A stretch of 64,000 bases of DNA from Chrysomallon squamiferum (GCA_012295275.1 CM022671.1:12648001-12712000), one strand, 5' to 3'. Positions 43,449 through 54,325 are shown, numbered from the stretch's first letter. Program-made: numbers and translations. Notes: a model not told the origin generated them from the sequence alone.

Positions 43449-44356
43449 TTATTTATTTTGTGGTGGAACGGCGCCTCGAAGAGGTCCACTTTTCATGTTT
43501 CCTGACCAGAACCAGGTGTCTGCCTGCCTCGTAAACACTAAAGGATCGTTTGGATTATTGGGAATAGCATTTACCTGAGGTCCCTTTGGTCCTTGTTTCA
43601 ATCCCATTGCAACTGGAGTTGGATTTATGAGAGGAGGCGGGTTAATAATAGGTCCGCTCACTGGTAGATTAGTTATTGGATCTGCAGGTCTGCCAACTAC
43701 ATTATTTGGTCTTTTCACTGGAATTACTGGTTCATTGTTTATCGGCCCCTTTATAGGATTAGGACCGGCGTTTCGTGGATCCATAGGTCCATTGATTGTA
43801 GGTTTTGGTCCATTTATCCTTTGATCGAATGGATTATTAATTATTGGATTCGGCCTGTTCAGTAGTGGATTAGTGGGACCAATAAAGTGTTGACCTTGTT
43901 TAATGAAAATGTTGGTATTTACTCCTTGATGCATGCCGCTGTTCCTAACTACCTGTGGATTAGTAAATTGTGGAAATGGTCTTCTGAGTACTGAATTATA
44001 TTTGGAACCGGAGCCAGCTGTTCGAGCGTTTGATGACGCTGTTATTATTCCTGTTGGACCATGGATTATTGTTTGTGCCCCTGCACTTAGGACTGCTCCC
44101 GGACCATTTGCTATTGCAACTGCACCTGCAGCTGCCATTCCACGATTGCTAAATACTGTTCCTCCAGCGCGTGCTGTGATGATTCCACTATTTTCAGGTA
44201 GCATTCCGCTTGCCCCTGCTGTTATTTGTCCTAAGGGTCGACTTAATCGAGAACTAGACATCACTGGTCTCTGCTGTCTGCTGTACGTATATTTGTGTAT
44301 TATTGGCAGAGGCAAGACTTGTGCGCCAAAGCGAGGATCGATGTATGGACTTGCAG
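43449..44356 (-). CDS. Orphan secreted gene exon 3 (Gly/Ala then Pro/Asn-rich)
   Basis: Acceptor tgtgtttcag|; AASPYIDPRFGAQV leads in frame into the 288-aa track ORF 43449-44315. Confidence 0.9.
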
Positions 44357-44860
44357 CTGAAACACAATAAAATATAAAATAACTTTTTTTATGTTTCGTT
44401 TTTACTTCTTTTCTTTTTCATTGTTATTTTTTCTTGCATATTTGTTAGTGTAAGTTTTTCATTTATTTTGTTGTTGCTATCGCTGCTTCTGTTTTATTTT
44501 GTATAATTTATGCTGCAGCTTTTTGGATGAGTACATGGAGTATTTGTTTTACACAGGTCGTGTTGCTTTTCTACTGTATTTAAACTGCTATAAATTCTTT
44601 ATGCCCTATTACCAAAAACAAATCGAAAACAATATCTGAATATATATTTAAACAGATTAACAGATGTTATAAAATTGAAATACCTTTTGGGATAAATGGA
44701 TTTCTGGAAGCCATTTTGGCATATTGTGTTCTTCTCTGTTTATAGAATTCGTCATAAGTAGGAGAGTATATTCCATTTGTTTCAGCTAAGAAAGCGGAAG
44801 GACTCAGGCCGTTTTTAAGCCTGTAGACATTTTGACCTTGCACAGAATGTTTTATTCCTG

Positions 44861-44913
<53 letters not shown>

Positions 44914-45291
44914 TAATAATAACAACAACAATAAAAAAATAAAATATGCACTCAGTCTATTTTTTTAAAAACTAGCCTATCTTAATAATTATATATAAAA
45001 TATCTCTGTTTATGTCTTTTTTTCCAATCAATATTCTTGCAGAATGTGAATTCACTGAATATATTTTTCTAATAAAGGATCTGAAATATCAAAATAGCCA
45101 AATTTATTATTCAATATGCAAACCTAGAAATTTGAATACTAGTTGTAGTAGTAGCAGCAGCAGCAGTAGTTCGAAAGAAATATAATTATAACAAGAAAAC
45201 AAAACTCACTTGTATTCATAATTGTATTCACATCAGATCCCAAAGAAACAGAAAACAAAGCAAAAGTCCATAACAAATTATAACTTTCCAT
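43449..45291 (-). CDS. Secreted low-complexity Gly/Ala- and Pro/Asn-rich protein of unknown family, 387 aa, 3 coding exons (putative extracellular structural/matrix protein)
   Basis: Exons 45291-45210, 44857-44684, 44356-43449 (82+174+908=1164 nt; both introns phase 1; donors gtgagt and gtattt, cag acceptors). N-terminus MESYNLLWTFALFSVSLG-SDVNT is signal-peptide-like. The last exon contains the longest ORF in the window. Confidence 0.85.
44684..44857 (-). CDS. Orphan secreted gene exon 2 (Tyr/basic segment)
   Basis: Open symmetric 174-nt phase-1 exon: RIKHSVQGQNVYRLKNGLSPSAFLAETNGIYSPTYDEFYKQRRTQYAKMASRNPFIPK; donor AAG|gtattt. Confidence 0.8.
44861..44932. repeat. (TAA)n(CAA)n microsatellite abutting a splice acceptor
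   Basis: Direct reading. Confidence 0.96.
45210..45291 (-). CDS. Orphan secreted gene exon 1 (signal peptide)
   Basis: ATG at 45291; MESYNLLWTFALFSVSLGSDVNTIMNT; donor A|gtgagt. Confidence 0.8.
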
Positions 45292-45382
45292 TATTCCTCA
45301 CGTTCTTAAGCAGACGACAAAATAATTGTTGCCTTATTGAACGTTTCTTCTTTATAACAATAGCTAGATAAAATACCTTCGT

Positions 45383-45389
45383 TTTTATA
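45383..45389 (-). promoter_or_regulatory. Candidate TATA box (TATAAAA) of the orphan secreted gene
   Basis: Minus-strand gTATAAAAac about 90 nt upstream of the ATG at 45291. The AT-rich background lowers specificity. Confidence 0.45.
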
Positions 45390-46643
45390 CAATAATATCA
45401 GACTTTATTGTCATTTCACTGACGAATCGCCTGCGTATATTCGGTTTTTATTACACTTGTGACGTAAACTCATATTTCGTTGTTCTGTCTGTCCCTGACC
45501 AAGCAACCGGAAACATGGCGGAGTTACTAAAAGATTTATTGGCTGTCAAAACAAAATCTGGGTTGATTTGCGTTTTCCTTTCCTACATCACCTAACGCGT
45601 CATAGATTAGAAATTTACCATTGATACGATCAGAAACATTAAAGAAAGTAGGAAGTAAGTGTATGAGAGAAAATGACGACAAAAGTCGTGCCTGTATCGT
45701 CCTAATACGACCGGAGGCACTGACTGTAGCATGGGTCAATATCAGCCCCTCCGGCAAACAGTCAACCTGTCCATGTTTTTCACCTCGCACGCTGTTATTT
45801 AGAGGTTTTTGGTTGTTTCGTTGTTGTTGTTTTTTTACGTTTTATTATTAGAAGATAACACGATTTGTTGTTGTTGTTTGTTCTTCTATAAAGGTCGCAA
45901 TTTTATTTATAAGAAGTGCTTTTTTTCTTTCTTTCCCTTTATTTGTTTTATTTGTTTACTTATTTATTTTTATTTTTTGTTTGTTTACCTGTTTATTTGA
46001 ATGTTGTTGGGTTTTTTTGTCGTTATAATTGTTGTCATTAATCAACTAATTGTTTCATATCAGTTAAATCAAATATGTGAATACGGTTATATCGTCTGTA
46101 CTCTCTACTCTAATTTTCATTATCTTTTTTACCACGGCCATATCTAGGCATATATTTAAAGGAATTTATAGTTGGTGTAGTTTGCTAATCCATATATGTA
46201 CTATTGTATGGATGTATATATGAATGTATTTATATGTGTGTATGTGTGTGTGTAAACTATGGTTAGAAGCATAAAAAACACTGTTAAGAAATATTTGCAT
46301 ATTTCCAGAACATATGCACCAAACGAAACTATTTAGATAAAAAGTATTCAAAAAAAGACACCCAATTAAATGAGCGCATTTGAGTGTATAATGAAGTCTT
46401 TTTTCCTATTCTTTCTACTTTTTTTTCTCCTGCTCCTATAATATTTAAAGAAACAAATCTAATCAATGATTATAATTTTGTAAATTAAGCAGCCCTTTCC
46501 AATTACATCAACATAAAAGAAAGCTCTCAAAGCCGTTCATATAACCTGTTCAAAGGCGTGTCTTTTGATTATTTATTAAAATGTGTTTATTTAATATTTC
46601 ACGTACAAACAAATATTTATAAAAGCTAACAAAATGTTTTAAC

Positions 46644-46649
<6 letters not shown>

Positions 46650-46700
<51 letters not shown>
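46650..46700. repeat. (GT)n microsatellite
   Basis: Direct reading. Confidence 0.96.
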
Positions 46701-46702
<2 letters not shown>

Positions 46703-47512
46703 ACAAAATGTGTATGTGAGTGCACACGGCTGAAGACGAATTTTATTATCTTTAATGTTTGTTTTGTTTTGTTTCATTAACGTGTTTGCTGTTGTTTTGT
46801 GTGCGTGTTTATTTTTTTATACTTTTTATTATCATCATTAGTAGTAGCAGTAGTATGAACTTTCGTTATCTACACATAATTATTATTTCTATTAAAAAAT
46901 AAACTGCTGTTATATATACGCTTGCAGTGATATTCTTATATTAAATGTATTTTATAACTGACAATGTTATTTATTTAATACGTGTTAATGAAAATAAATA
47001 ATATTAGCTACTAAGTGATGTCATCAGAATTTTCTTTTACTTTTAATTGACTATATGGTAAATATTTCATTTCTAAAATTTCCACTAAAACTGATCAGAA
47101 TCTGGCATGAGAACATTTTATATGGGAGGGGCGCGCGCCCACTCATATATCAACATTTTATTTGTATGTTTTATTGTAATAATAAATAATTTTAAAATTT
47201 CTGTCCGATGAAATGAAAGGAGCATACGCCAAGAGGACGTACCTTCACATGCACAAAATTTGGTATAATTTATCTAATTTTTAGCATCTAAGTGAAGGCG
47301 TTCTTTTTAGATTACACACTTGTATGCCCACGAAAGTTTGATGCAGATAACGAAAGCGAGTAAACTGCATTTGACTCAAATTAGCCTAGTTTTTGTGATA
47401 TGTAATTACGAACAGTTTCACTATGCAAGATACAGTTACAGAAATATGTGGACTGTGACTTTGCTAGAATCAATGTGGAGATAACTCTAATATGTAATTG
47501 TCAAGACAAAAA

Positions 47513-47604
47513 ATGGCTGCTAACATTTTAAAACGGTTGTTAACTCAAACGACCAATTATTACAGACCTTTTTCATATGTGTGTGCAAGACACAATTCTA
47601 CAAG
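47513..47604 (+). CDS. POLDIP2: POLDIP2 exon 1 (mitochondrial targeting peptide-like)
   Basis: MAANILKRLLTQTTNYYRPFSYVCARHNSTR: basic, no acidic residues; donor AG|gtttgt, phase 2. Confidence 0.8.
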
Positions 47605-50600
47605 GTTTGTTATAATAACCAAACATTTTGAGAATTATATAACTATCCAGCTTGTTCTCAAAATAAGTGTATTTAAAAATTCCTTTCTCGGTAAAAGTAA
47701 GAAAAACAAAAATAATGTTCATTATGAAATTGTCTACTTAGAATAAAAGTGATGTAACGTTATTGACTGACTATAAAAATTAAAGATTATAATACGCATA
47801 TAATATGTATTAATTTTTTAATAGGTTGTTATTAACTACCGATTTAGATTGAACATAAAATTTGTTACCGAAAAACTTCTGTAAAATGAAAAAGAAGATG
47901 ATATTGGAAAAGTAAATTTTAAGTTGAAATAATATGTTTAAAGATACATTTACTCAAAATTATTTTAACAAAATCATTATAGTTTTATGTTATTCAAATA
48001 TGAATGAATGTGTTTTCCATGTTCACTTTCAATTTTTATTTGTCAAACAAAAATATCTAATTTAATTCAGTACTAAAAATTATGCATTCATAATATGTAC
48101 ACCAGTAAATTGATCTTATCCAAATGTTACCTGATGTTATATATGAATGTAACAGGGATATCACTGCAATGTTTCTTTTTTCTTTGTTTTTTTATCTTAC
48201 CATAATTATAAATATTATTTAGAAACTTCTTAGTTCTATTATTATGTTTTTTGAATAGCATTGTTCATTCATTAATTTTGGCAGGGCTTTTTAATTATTA
48301 TTATTATTGTTATTGTTATTATTCATTCTGTTTTTTCAGGTTGGCTGAAGTAGGCATTTTAGAAACCCCCAAAGAACATGGGAATTCCTATGAAACTGGA
48401 CAGGTTAATTCTCATATTCTTTTTTTATTTTTTTTTATTTTTATTATTATTATTACATATAATGTATAATTCTGTTTATTTTTATTATTATTTTTTAATT
48501 CAGTATTATAGTGCATTTTTATTGCTCTGTTTAAATTTACATTTTATTTTATTTTCAGCTGTTCTTGCATAAAATATTTGGTTACAGAGGAATAGCTCTA
48601 TTTCCATGGCTGGCTCGTGTGTATGATCGAGACACTGCTACAAAAACAGAAGAAAGGTGATAATTCTGATTATTATGTTGGAGACTTTTGCAGAATTATA
48701 TATCTATCTATTAGTGGTTCATTGTGCTATGCTGTGTAATTAATTAATGACTATATTTTATCCTTCATTTTATAAATGCAGGATGTTAGTCTTCTCAATA
48801 TAACTGTGCTGTTCCTCCTATCCAGGACTTTGAAAACTGAATTAATAAAATAAGTTAAATATTATAAATATAAGAAACTAAAATAAATGTTCTAAGTATT
48901 ATTTTGGATGATTTATTTTTATTATTATTATAGAAACCTTGATGACAATACAGCGCAAGTGGGCAAGGAAGTGAAAGGAAAGAATCACTTGTATTACCAA
49001 GTACTCATTGATGCCAGAGACTGTCCACACATTGTTAGACTTTACACTTATTGTTTCATGCAACAATTATAAATACATATAGTAACAGTAACATTCAAGT
49101 TTCAATATACAAACAAGATATAGCTATACTTTACCTTTTCTTTCATTTCTTTCTTGTAAAATGATGATCCTATGTCCTTTTGCCTTTTTAGTTAAGAAAT
49201 GCAAAATATATTTTCTGCTAACTTAAACTCAATTTCACTCCAATTAAACTTAAAATCATTATCTCTTTTTTCCTTCTATTTCTGTTTGTTTATGTACTTT
49301 TAATTTTGGCTTTCAGAGGGCTCAGACAGAAGCAGTAACATTTTTAGGTAACCAAGAAAACAGTCGAGCTCTTTATGCCATCCCAGGTATGTTAATGTCA
49401 CCAGATATCCTTTGCTTAGTAATTATTGTAAATCCAGTAAGTTTGAATTCAGAGATAAACTAATAATAAAGATTATGTGATCTTGTGTATGGTTCTTAGA
49501 ACCATACTGACTTTGTATCATCTGTAGTTTTATCTTAGTTTTACATGCATGGTTTATCATTAAATAATAATAAACAGTATATGACAAATCTACTGCATTA
49601 TGATTATCTGCTGTATTTTAATTCTGAAAGGTCTTGACTATGTTGCTCATGAAGATATTCTTCCATACACCAGTGAAGAAGCTACACCGCTTCAGCATGA
49701 ACTGTTTGACAAATTTCTCATGCATGATCCTGAAAACAGTGAGTTCAAATCATTGTGTTCTTCATAACACAGTAGTTTTATTGTTACCAGATTATGTAGG
49801 ATATATTTTTTTTTATTTTACAAAAAAATAATTTTAAATTTATATTTCTTAAACAAATACTTCTAGCAGAATATTCTTTTATTTTTTTATTTTTTATCTA
49901 TGAATTAACTTCAAATATTTCAGATCCACCCTTCTTGGCAAGGGAAACATTACGAGCATGGCAGGAAAAAAATCACCCCTGGTTACAACTGTCTGATGTT
50001 CACAGGGAGACAACTGAGAACATTCGTGTCACTGTCATTCCTTTTTACATGGGTTGCAGGGTAAAATAGCAATTTCAAGTGGTTTATGTTTGTAATATGA
50101 AATATGTAAACTGGCAATTTATTCCAAAATAGTGTTATACTTTAAAAAAGAAAATTTTTTTTTAAAGAGATTGTTAGAATAAAATATTAAACACAAATTT
50201 CTGCACTAAGATAATGTTATTAATTTTTCAGGAATCACAACAGACTCATGTTTACTGGGTAAGTAATCTTTGTAAAAAGAAACTAGCTAATTAAAGGATT
50301 AAAATCATAAAAAATAATAATGTTATTTATTCTGCATTTAAATATTAATGTTATTACTTTTGTTTAATTCTGTCTTTTAATAGAAGATGACTCTTTCATA
50401 TTCTGTTCCTTAAACTATTAAATTTTTATTAGAGTTCTAGCTAGTCCAGAATCTACAACAATCCATTTTTTTTTTTTTTTCTTTTGTCAATTAATATGTT
50501 TGAACTATTTCTTTTTATCGTCAAAATATTTGGAATGCACTGGATATTTCATTTAATAGATTAAAATTGTATGGAACTAGTGAATAAATCATTTACTAAA

Positions 50601-51772
50601 TTTAGAAAATTTCTTTTTTTTATTTAATGTTCATCCAAAGCTGTTCCAAGTTGTGTTAAATCTTCAGATTATGTCATATTTAAATAAAGAGCTATTTTCT
50701 AGTGGCGTTATTGCGTGAGACTGGAGAATCTTGGAGATGATACTGTACAGCTGAGAGAAAGACACTGGAGAATATTCAGTTTATCAGGCACACTGGAGAC
50801 TGTACGTGGTCGAGGAGTTGTCGGTCAGGTATTTCATTTTGTTTAATTATTTTTAGTATTGTCTTTTCTTTCACCTGTTTTAGAATATTTTAAACATTAA
50901 TGTTTTATTTTTACATTTCTTTTACATCACCATTTATAAATCATTAAATGTTCAATACTAAAAACTATTATTTATTTTTTTTAAAGTTTGTTTTCATAGT
51001 GTTATTCAAATTAAGGTTTGGAAATTTTCATTAAAAATAAAATTTATTCAGTTTATATTATTTTATTTTGATATTCCTTCTTAGATTATCCACTTGTTAC
51101 TGATATTTAACTTACTTAGCTTAACATTGCAGTAGAAAGTTTCTGTTACCTTGAAAACATTATATTTGTAAATATTTCCAAAACCCTAACTTCATGTTGC
51201 CTTTACATTTAAAAATTTGTATTTGTAAAATAAATGTGTGCAAATAACAGACAGAGAAAAGTATTCATTTCCAGGAACCCGTTTTATCCAAAGAGCAGCC
51301 AGCCTTTCAGTATAGCAGCCATGTTTCCCTTCAGGCACCTAGTGGTCATATGTGGTAAGTGATATTACTGTTTTTGAAATTCATTATTTTTGTTCCTTGA
51401 CATTTATCCAGAATCTCGATTATCTGACGCTGGTCTGGTTGAAATAAGTTACATACAATTATTAAAGAGAAAAACAAAAATTTGGCTCAAAAAAGAGGAC
51501 ATTAAAATATTGATTACTAGTTTGATATTATCCTTTGTTGTGTAAGATTTCACAATTATTTCAGTTCACCTAATTAATTTAGAATCATACTTCTGTTATA
51601 TGTTATTATTATTTATTTTTGTAATTTTAACAAAAGTACTTTTAAACATTTCAGGGGCACATATAAAATGGAAAGAAGAGATGGGACTTCCTTTGATTGC
51701 AAGATTCCACCATTTTCTTTAGAAAGCAAGTCAGATGAAGATACCACACCACACACTTTTCTCAGTAGTTAA
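47513..51772 (+). CDS. POLDIP2: Polymerase delta-interacting protein 2 (YccV-like + ApaG/DUF525 domains), 339 aa, 11 coding exons
   Basis: Exons 47513-47604, 48340-48403, 48559-48656, 48934-49033, 49317-49386, 49631-49738, 49924-50060, 50232-50258, 50703-50828, 51275-51354, 51655-51772 (1020 nt, all phases consistent). Recognisable POLDIP2 motifs: YETGQLFLHKIFGYRG, YYQVLIDARDCPHI, QTEAVTFL, ALYAIPGLDYV, ARETLRAWQEKNHPWL, VYWWRYCVRLENL, QLRERHWRIFSLSGTLETVRGRGVVG, QPAFQYSSHVSLQAPSGHMWG, IPPFSLES. Confidence 0.97.
48340..48403 (+). CDS. POLDIP2: POLDIP2 exon 2
   Basis: LAEVGILETPKEHGNSYETGQ; tttcag| ... CAG|gttaat. Confidence 0.93.
48559..48656 (+). CDS. POLDIP2: POLDIP2 exon 3
   Basis: LFLHKIFGYRGIALFPWLARVYDRDTATKTEE. 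Confidence 0.95.
48934..49033 (+). CDS. POLDIP2: POLDIP2 exon 4
   Basis: NLDDNTAQVGKEVKGKNHLYYQVLIDARDCPHI. Confidence 0.93.
49317..49386 (+). CDS. POLDIP2: POLDIP2 exon 5
   Basis: RAQTEAVTFLGNQENSRALYAIP; donor CAG|gtatgt. Confidence 0.95.
49631..49738 (+). CDS. POLDIP2: POLDIP2 exon 6
   Basis: GLDYVAHEDILPYTSEEATPLQHELFDKFLMHDPEN; donor |gtgagt. Confidence 0.95.
49924..50060 (+). CDS. POLDIP2: POLDIP2 exon 7
   Basis: PPFLARETLRAWQEKNHPWLQLSDVHRETTENIRVTVIPFYMGCR. Confidence 0.96.
50232..50258 (+). CDS. POLDIP2: POLDIP2 exon 8 (27-nt microexon)
   Basis: ESQQTHVYW; tttttcag| ... TGG|gtaagt. Confidence 0.93.
50703..50828 (+). CDS. POLDIP2: POLDIP2 exon 9
   Basis: WRYCVRLENLGDDTVQLRERHWRIFSLSGTLETVRGRGVVGQ. 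Confidence 0.96.
51275..51354 (+). CDS. POLDIP2: POLDIP2 exon 10
   Basis: EPVLSKEQPAFQYSSHVSLQAPSGHM; donor TG|gtaagt. Confidence 0.96.
51655..51772 (+). CDS. POLDIP2: POLDIP2 exon 11 (terminal)
   Basis: GTYKMERRDGTSFDCKIPPFSLESKSDEDTTPHTFLSS*; TAA 51770-51772; AATAAA at 52086 and 52190. Confidence 0.95.
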
Positions 51773-53359
51773 CAGTTATTAAATTGTTATCAACATTGTT
51801 TTATTTTGTCCTTTTAAAAAATTGTTTGTATATTTGTATATAATCAAGAATACACAGCTGTCTGGAAATATTAAAAATATCGTAGATAATTTTTTAATTA
51901 TGCTGTCTTTGTGTTTGCACATGTCATGAAGGTATACAGACATTTATGGGTGATGTTCAAGTTTAGTTTGTTGTATGGTATTTGTGTTTGATAATGAGTG
52001 AAAGAATATGAAGATAGAGACTATCATTAGGCTCTGGTGGTAGAGTAGCAGTCAGTAGTAATATTCAATACTGACTTTATTTTAAAATAAAGAAAACATT
52101 TTGTTATAGGGATTTTTATTCACCTCTTTGTGATTTAAGAAAGGTTATTTTTCACTGATTTCTCTTTCATATTGTTTATTAATGTATTAAATAAAAATAT
52201 TTTAAGCTTACTGTATTTTATTTATTCTTCACTTCTTTGTTTTATTTTTCATTAATATATCTGAAGTTCTTGAACCATTACATTTTTTATTATAGCAGAA
52301 AAATAAATTTCATCAGAAAAAATATGATTTTTTTTTAATTAATATTTTATTGATTGTTTTGAGACCTTAGCTTTTGAAATAATTTTTAATTTTAATTCTA
52401 AAATTTATTCACTATGTATGCAGCTCATTATATTAAACTTCACAATGGTCAGACATAGAAATTTTAATTTCTTTGCTGTTTGTTCCATTTAGACTGTTTC
52501 TGATAATATAGGGACAGCAAGAGGATTTATTTAATTCATTGTCTATTTTTTATTATTTTTCTTTTTTTAACCTGTTACTAATTTTTCAATTAGTCTTATT
52601 TAATAATTTTCATTCCATCAACTGAAAAGAATTTTAGATGTAATAATAAGCATAAATGGACCGTTAATGAATTTTCTTAATTATTTATTAATTAGCAGTC
52701 TGTTTTTGCAAGTTCAGTGCCTTGTGTTTCCCCTCTCTCTTCTTTTCTCTTTTAACAGATGAATTTAATTCACTGATCAAAGATAATTCAAAAAACCATA
52801 TTGCCATAAGGAGTCAGAGTATGAGTGCATAGATCTGTGCATGTTATATTTTGATGTGTTTATTAAAATATAAAATTAATCGTTTTTAGCAGTGACCATA
52901 ATATAGTTACTAGTTTATCTATGTGTTCATTATGTTTATTTTTGTAGCGTATTTCAGTTTTACCAGGTTTCTATAAAAAAAAATTACATTGTTAAATGGA
53001 TTAATAAATGTCAGGGATATTTTGTACAGAAAGTAAAAACAATGTTTTTATTTCAGAATATTCCATTTTAGCATTATATGAATATATTTGAAATCGCATA
53101 TATCACATTACAGTTAAATAACTGGCTGCAATTACCTCAAAATATATTTTAAATTTATCAAGTTTTCAAAGTTGACGTTATTTACCTTTTTATTTTTAAT
53201 GTATTAGTACTCTGTTTCTGATGTTTATTTCATATTTTTCTTACTCTCCCACCGTGCAGACAGTTTAGTTTCTAAGGGTTGCAATAAAATAATTTTGTCT
53301 GAGATTGTTTAAATGTTTTATTTATATTATGAATGCAATAATAAATATCAAAAATAGAA

Positions 53360-53476
<117 letters not shown>

Positions 53477-54147
53477 AAATCAAAATCACACATTTTTTAT
53501 AAGGCTGCAATGCTACTAGCACTACATTTATCAATAAACAACAAGTACATTTTTTATGCATTTTCCGTAACACTGTAAAACACCATAACCTTCCACATTA
53601 AGAAGCCGTGACTGGAATGGGCAATCACCAAGACGTCATCAAATTATTTAATTTCTGACAGTGAACTATATACACACGGTTGTACATTCAGTGACTCGGA
53701 TCTAAGCTGCACTATCTGGTCTTCGTATTTAAAGTGATAAATATCTTTTGACTGTTAATATTTATTAGTTTTGACATGAGATCTGAATTTCAATACAACA
53801 TGTATTATTAACGGTCATTCGTTTCTAATTCCATAACGTTTGTTCGGACATTTGAATAACATCCTTTGAACTTGCTTTAAATCACTGCTGTTAAATGCAA
53901 CCTCTATGTAGTAGTAGTAGTAATAGTAATAGTAGTAGTATTTGTTGTTGTTATTGCTGCTGCTGCTGCAGCGGTTACTGTTGGCTGATGGATTCACATT
54001 TTGTAACTTTTACTTTATGTATTCGCAAACAGAGAAACCTACGACATGGTCCTGATGCTATCTAAAATTAATCATATGTAGTGGTCATTGATTTTCTTGC
54101 AGCAATTAAATAAAACTTGTTAATAATATTTATTTAGAGATAATACT

Positions 54148-54240
54148 GGAAGGAATGAAAAAAATGTTTTATTACACGACGCGTAATAAGAGAGGAAACG
54201 CGATCTGTTAGATGAACACATACTATGGTCTTTGTTAAAC
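54148..54240. mobile_element. Short internally deleted fragment probably of the same SINE-like family
   Basis: ggaaggaatgaaaaaaatgttttattacacgacgc...agagaggaaacgcg...cacatactatggtctttgtt retains blocks resembling the element at 3985-4215. Confidence 0.35.
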
Positions 54241-54323
54241 TATTTATATAGCACGGATGAGAAGGAGCCTAATGAGAGTACGGATAAGGATTTACATTTA
54301 TGTCAGTCACACATTAGTCCTGC

Positions 54324-54325
<2 letters not shown>

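Noticed and set aside
43627-44370. Plus-strand 65-aa and 145-aa ORFs
   Set aside because: Antisense shadows of the real minus-strand exon.
49634-49831. Track ORFs overlapping POLDIP2 in other frames (also 48378-48572)
   Set aside because: Out-of-frame or intron-readthrough readings of genuine POLDIP2 exons.
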